DNA from: Candidatus Heimdallarchaeota archaeon
GTDB taxonomy: Archaea; Asgardarchaeota; Heimdallarchaeia; JABLTI01
Assembly (NCBI GenBank): GCA_019058275.1
Contig: JAHLVW010000103.1
Coordinates: 32,001 to 96,000, forward strand
Length of the DNA stretch: 64,000 nt
Direction of reading: 5' to 3'
Positions 63,757-64,000 of the stretch are shown one piece after another. Each line of letters opens with the position of its first letter. The first letter of the stretch is position 1. A program made the position numbers and the translations under genes. The notes beneath the pieces were generated by a model. The model had not been told where the DNA came from and made no database searches. It saw only the letters and a program-made list of their open reading frames with translations.

Positions 63757-64000
63757 TCAATAATTTAGAACTAAAATAGTTTTATTTATTTTCCTAAAAG
63801 AAATTATTTTGTAAGAATAACCCCACTGTTCAATGGTAAATCGCCAACGACTAGCAATCTCTTGTCTTAGATCATCACTTAGAGTATGAATATTCGTTTG
63901 AAAGTTTTGTTGGGAATACAAATAAGCATTGAAATTTTCAACATTTTCATTGAAGCCAGACAAGTTAAATGTTTGATAGATCTTTTGTAAGTGAGCAAAA
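63757..64000 (-). CDS. 3' end of a sulfotransferase family gene (starts beyond window)
   Basis: LQKIYQTFNLSGF..F.AYL..Q..F.TN.H.LS..I..RW..QWGY parallels the C-terminus of 30371-31493. Confidence 0.7.
   Translation of the reverse strand, partial: FAHLQKIYQTFNLSGFNENVENFNAYLYSQQNFQTNIHTLSDDLRQEIASRWRFTIEQWGYSYKIISFRKINKTILVLNY

Overview
AT-rich archaeal DNA (roughly 30% GC by eye, not computed) that most likely comes from an Asgard archaeon, plausibly Heimdallarchaeia. Support: an Arf-family small GTPase, longin-like proteins, GGTGA/GGAG ribosome-binding sites and frequent TTG/GTG starts. Most of the window is accessory metabolism: SDRs, GNATs, aminotransferases, DegV, DAG kinases, amidohydrolases, radical SAM enzymes, a GH35, alkaline phosphatase and AOR. 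The main candidate system is a co-oriented cluster at 2586-5912: two longin/uDENN-like genes (each with an Arg in the loop where eukaryotic longin GAPs carry their arginine finger), an intact Arf-family GTPase, and a 7-TM membrane protein whose Pro/Ser/Thr-rich tail continues past a stop into a DDDDWSF motif. Nearby (8869-14412) is a 1847-aa surface protein with an integrin-alpha-like layout: 7 FG-GAP repeats, an Ig-like stalk, one TM and a cytoplasmic longin-like domain. About 14 genes are broken by in-frame TAA/TAG/TGA stops or frameshifts, and several starts and conserved motifs are eroded, which points to ongoing genome decay or assembly error rather than recoding. No rRNA, tRNA, CRISPR array or transposase was recognised. 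Fold assignments are from motif reading by eye and need computational confirmation.
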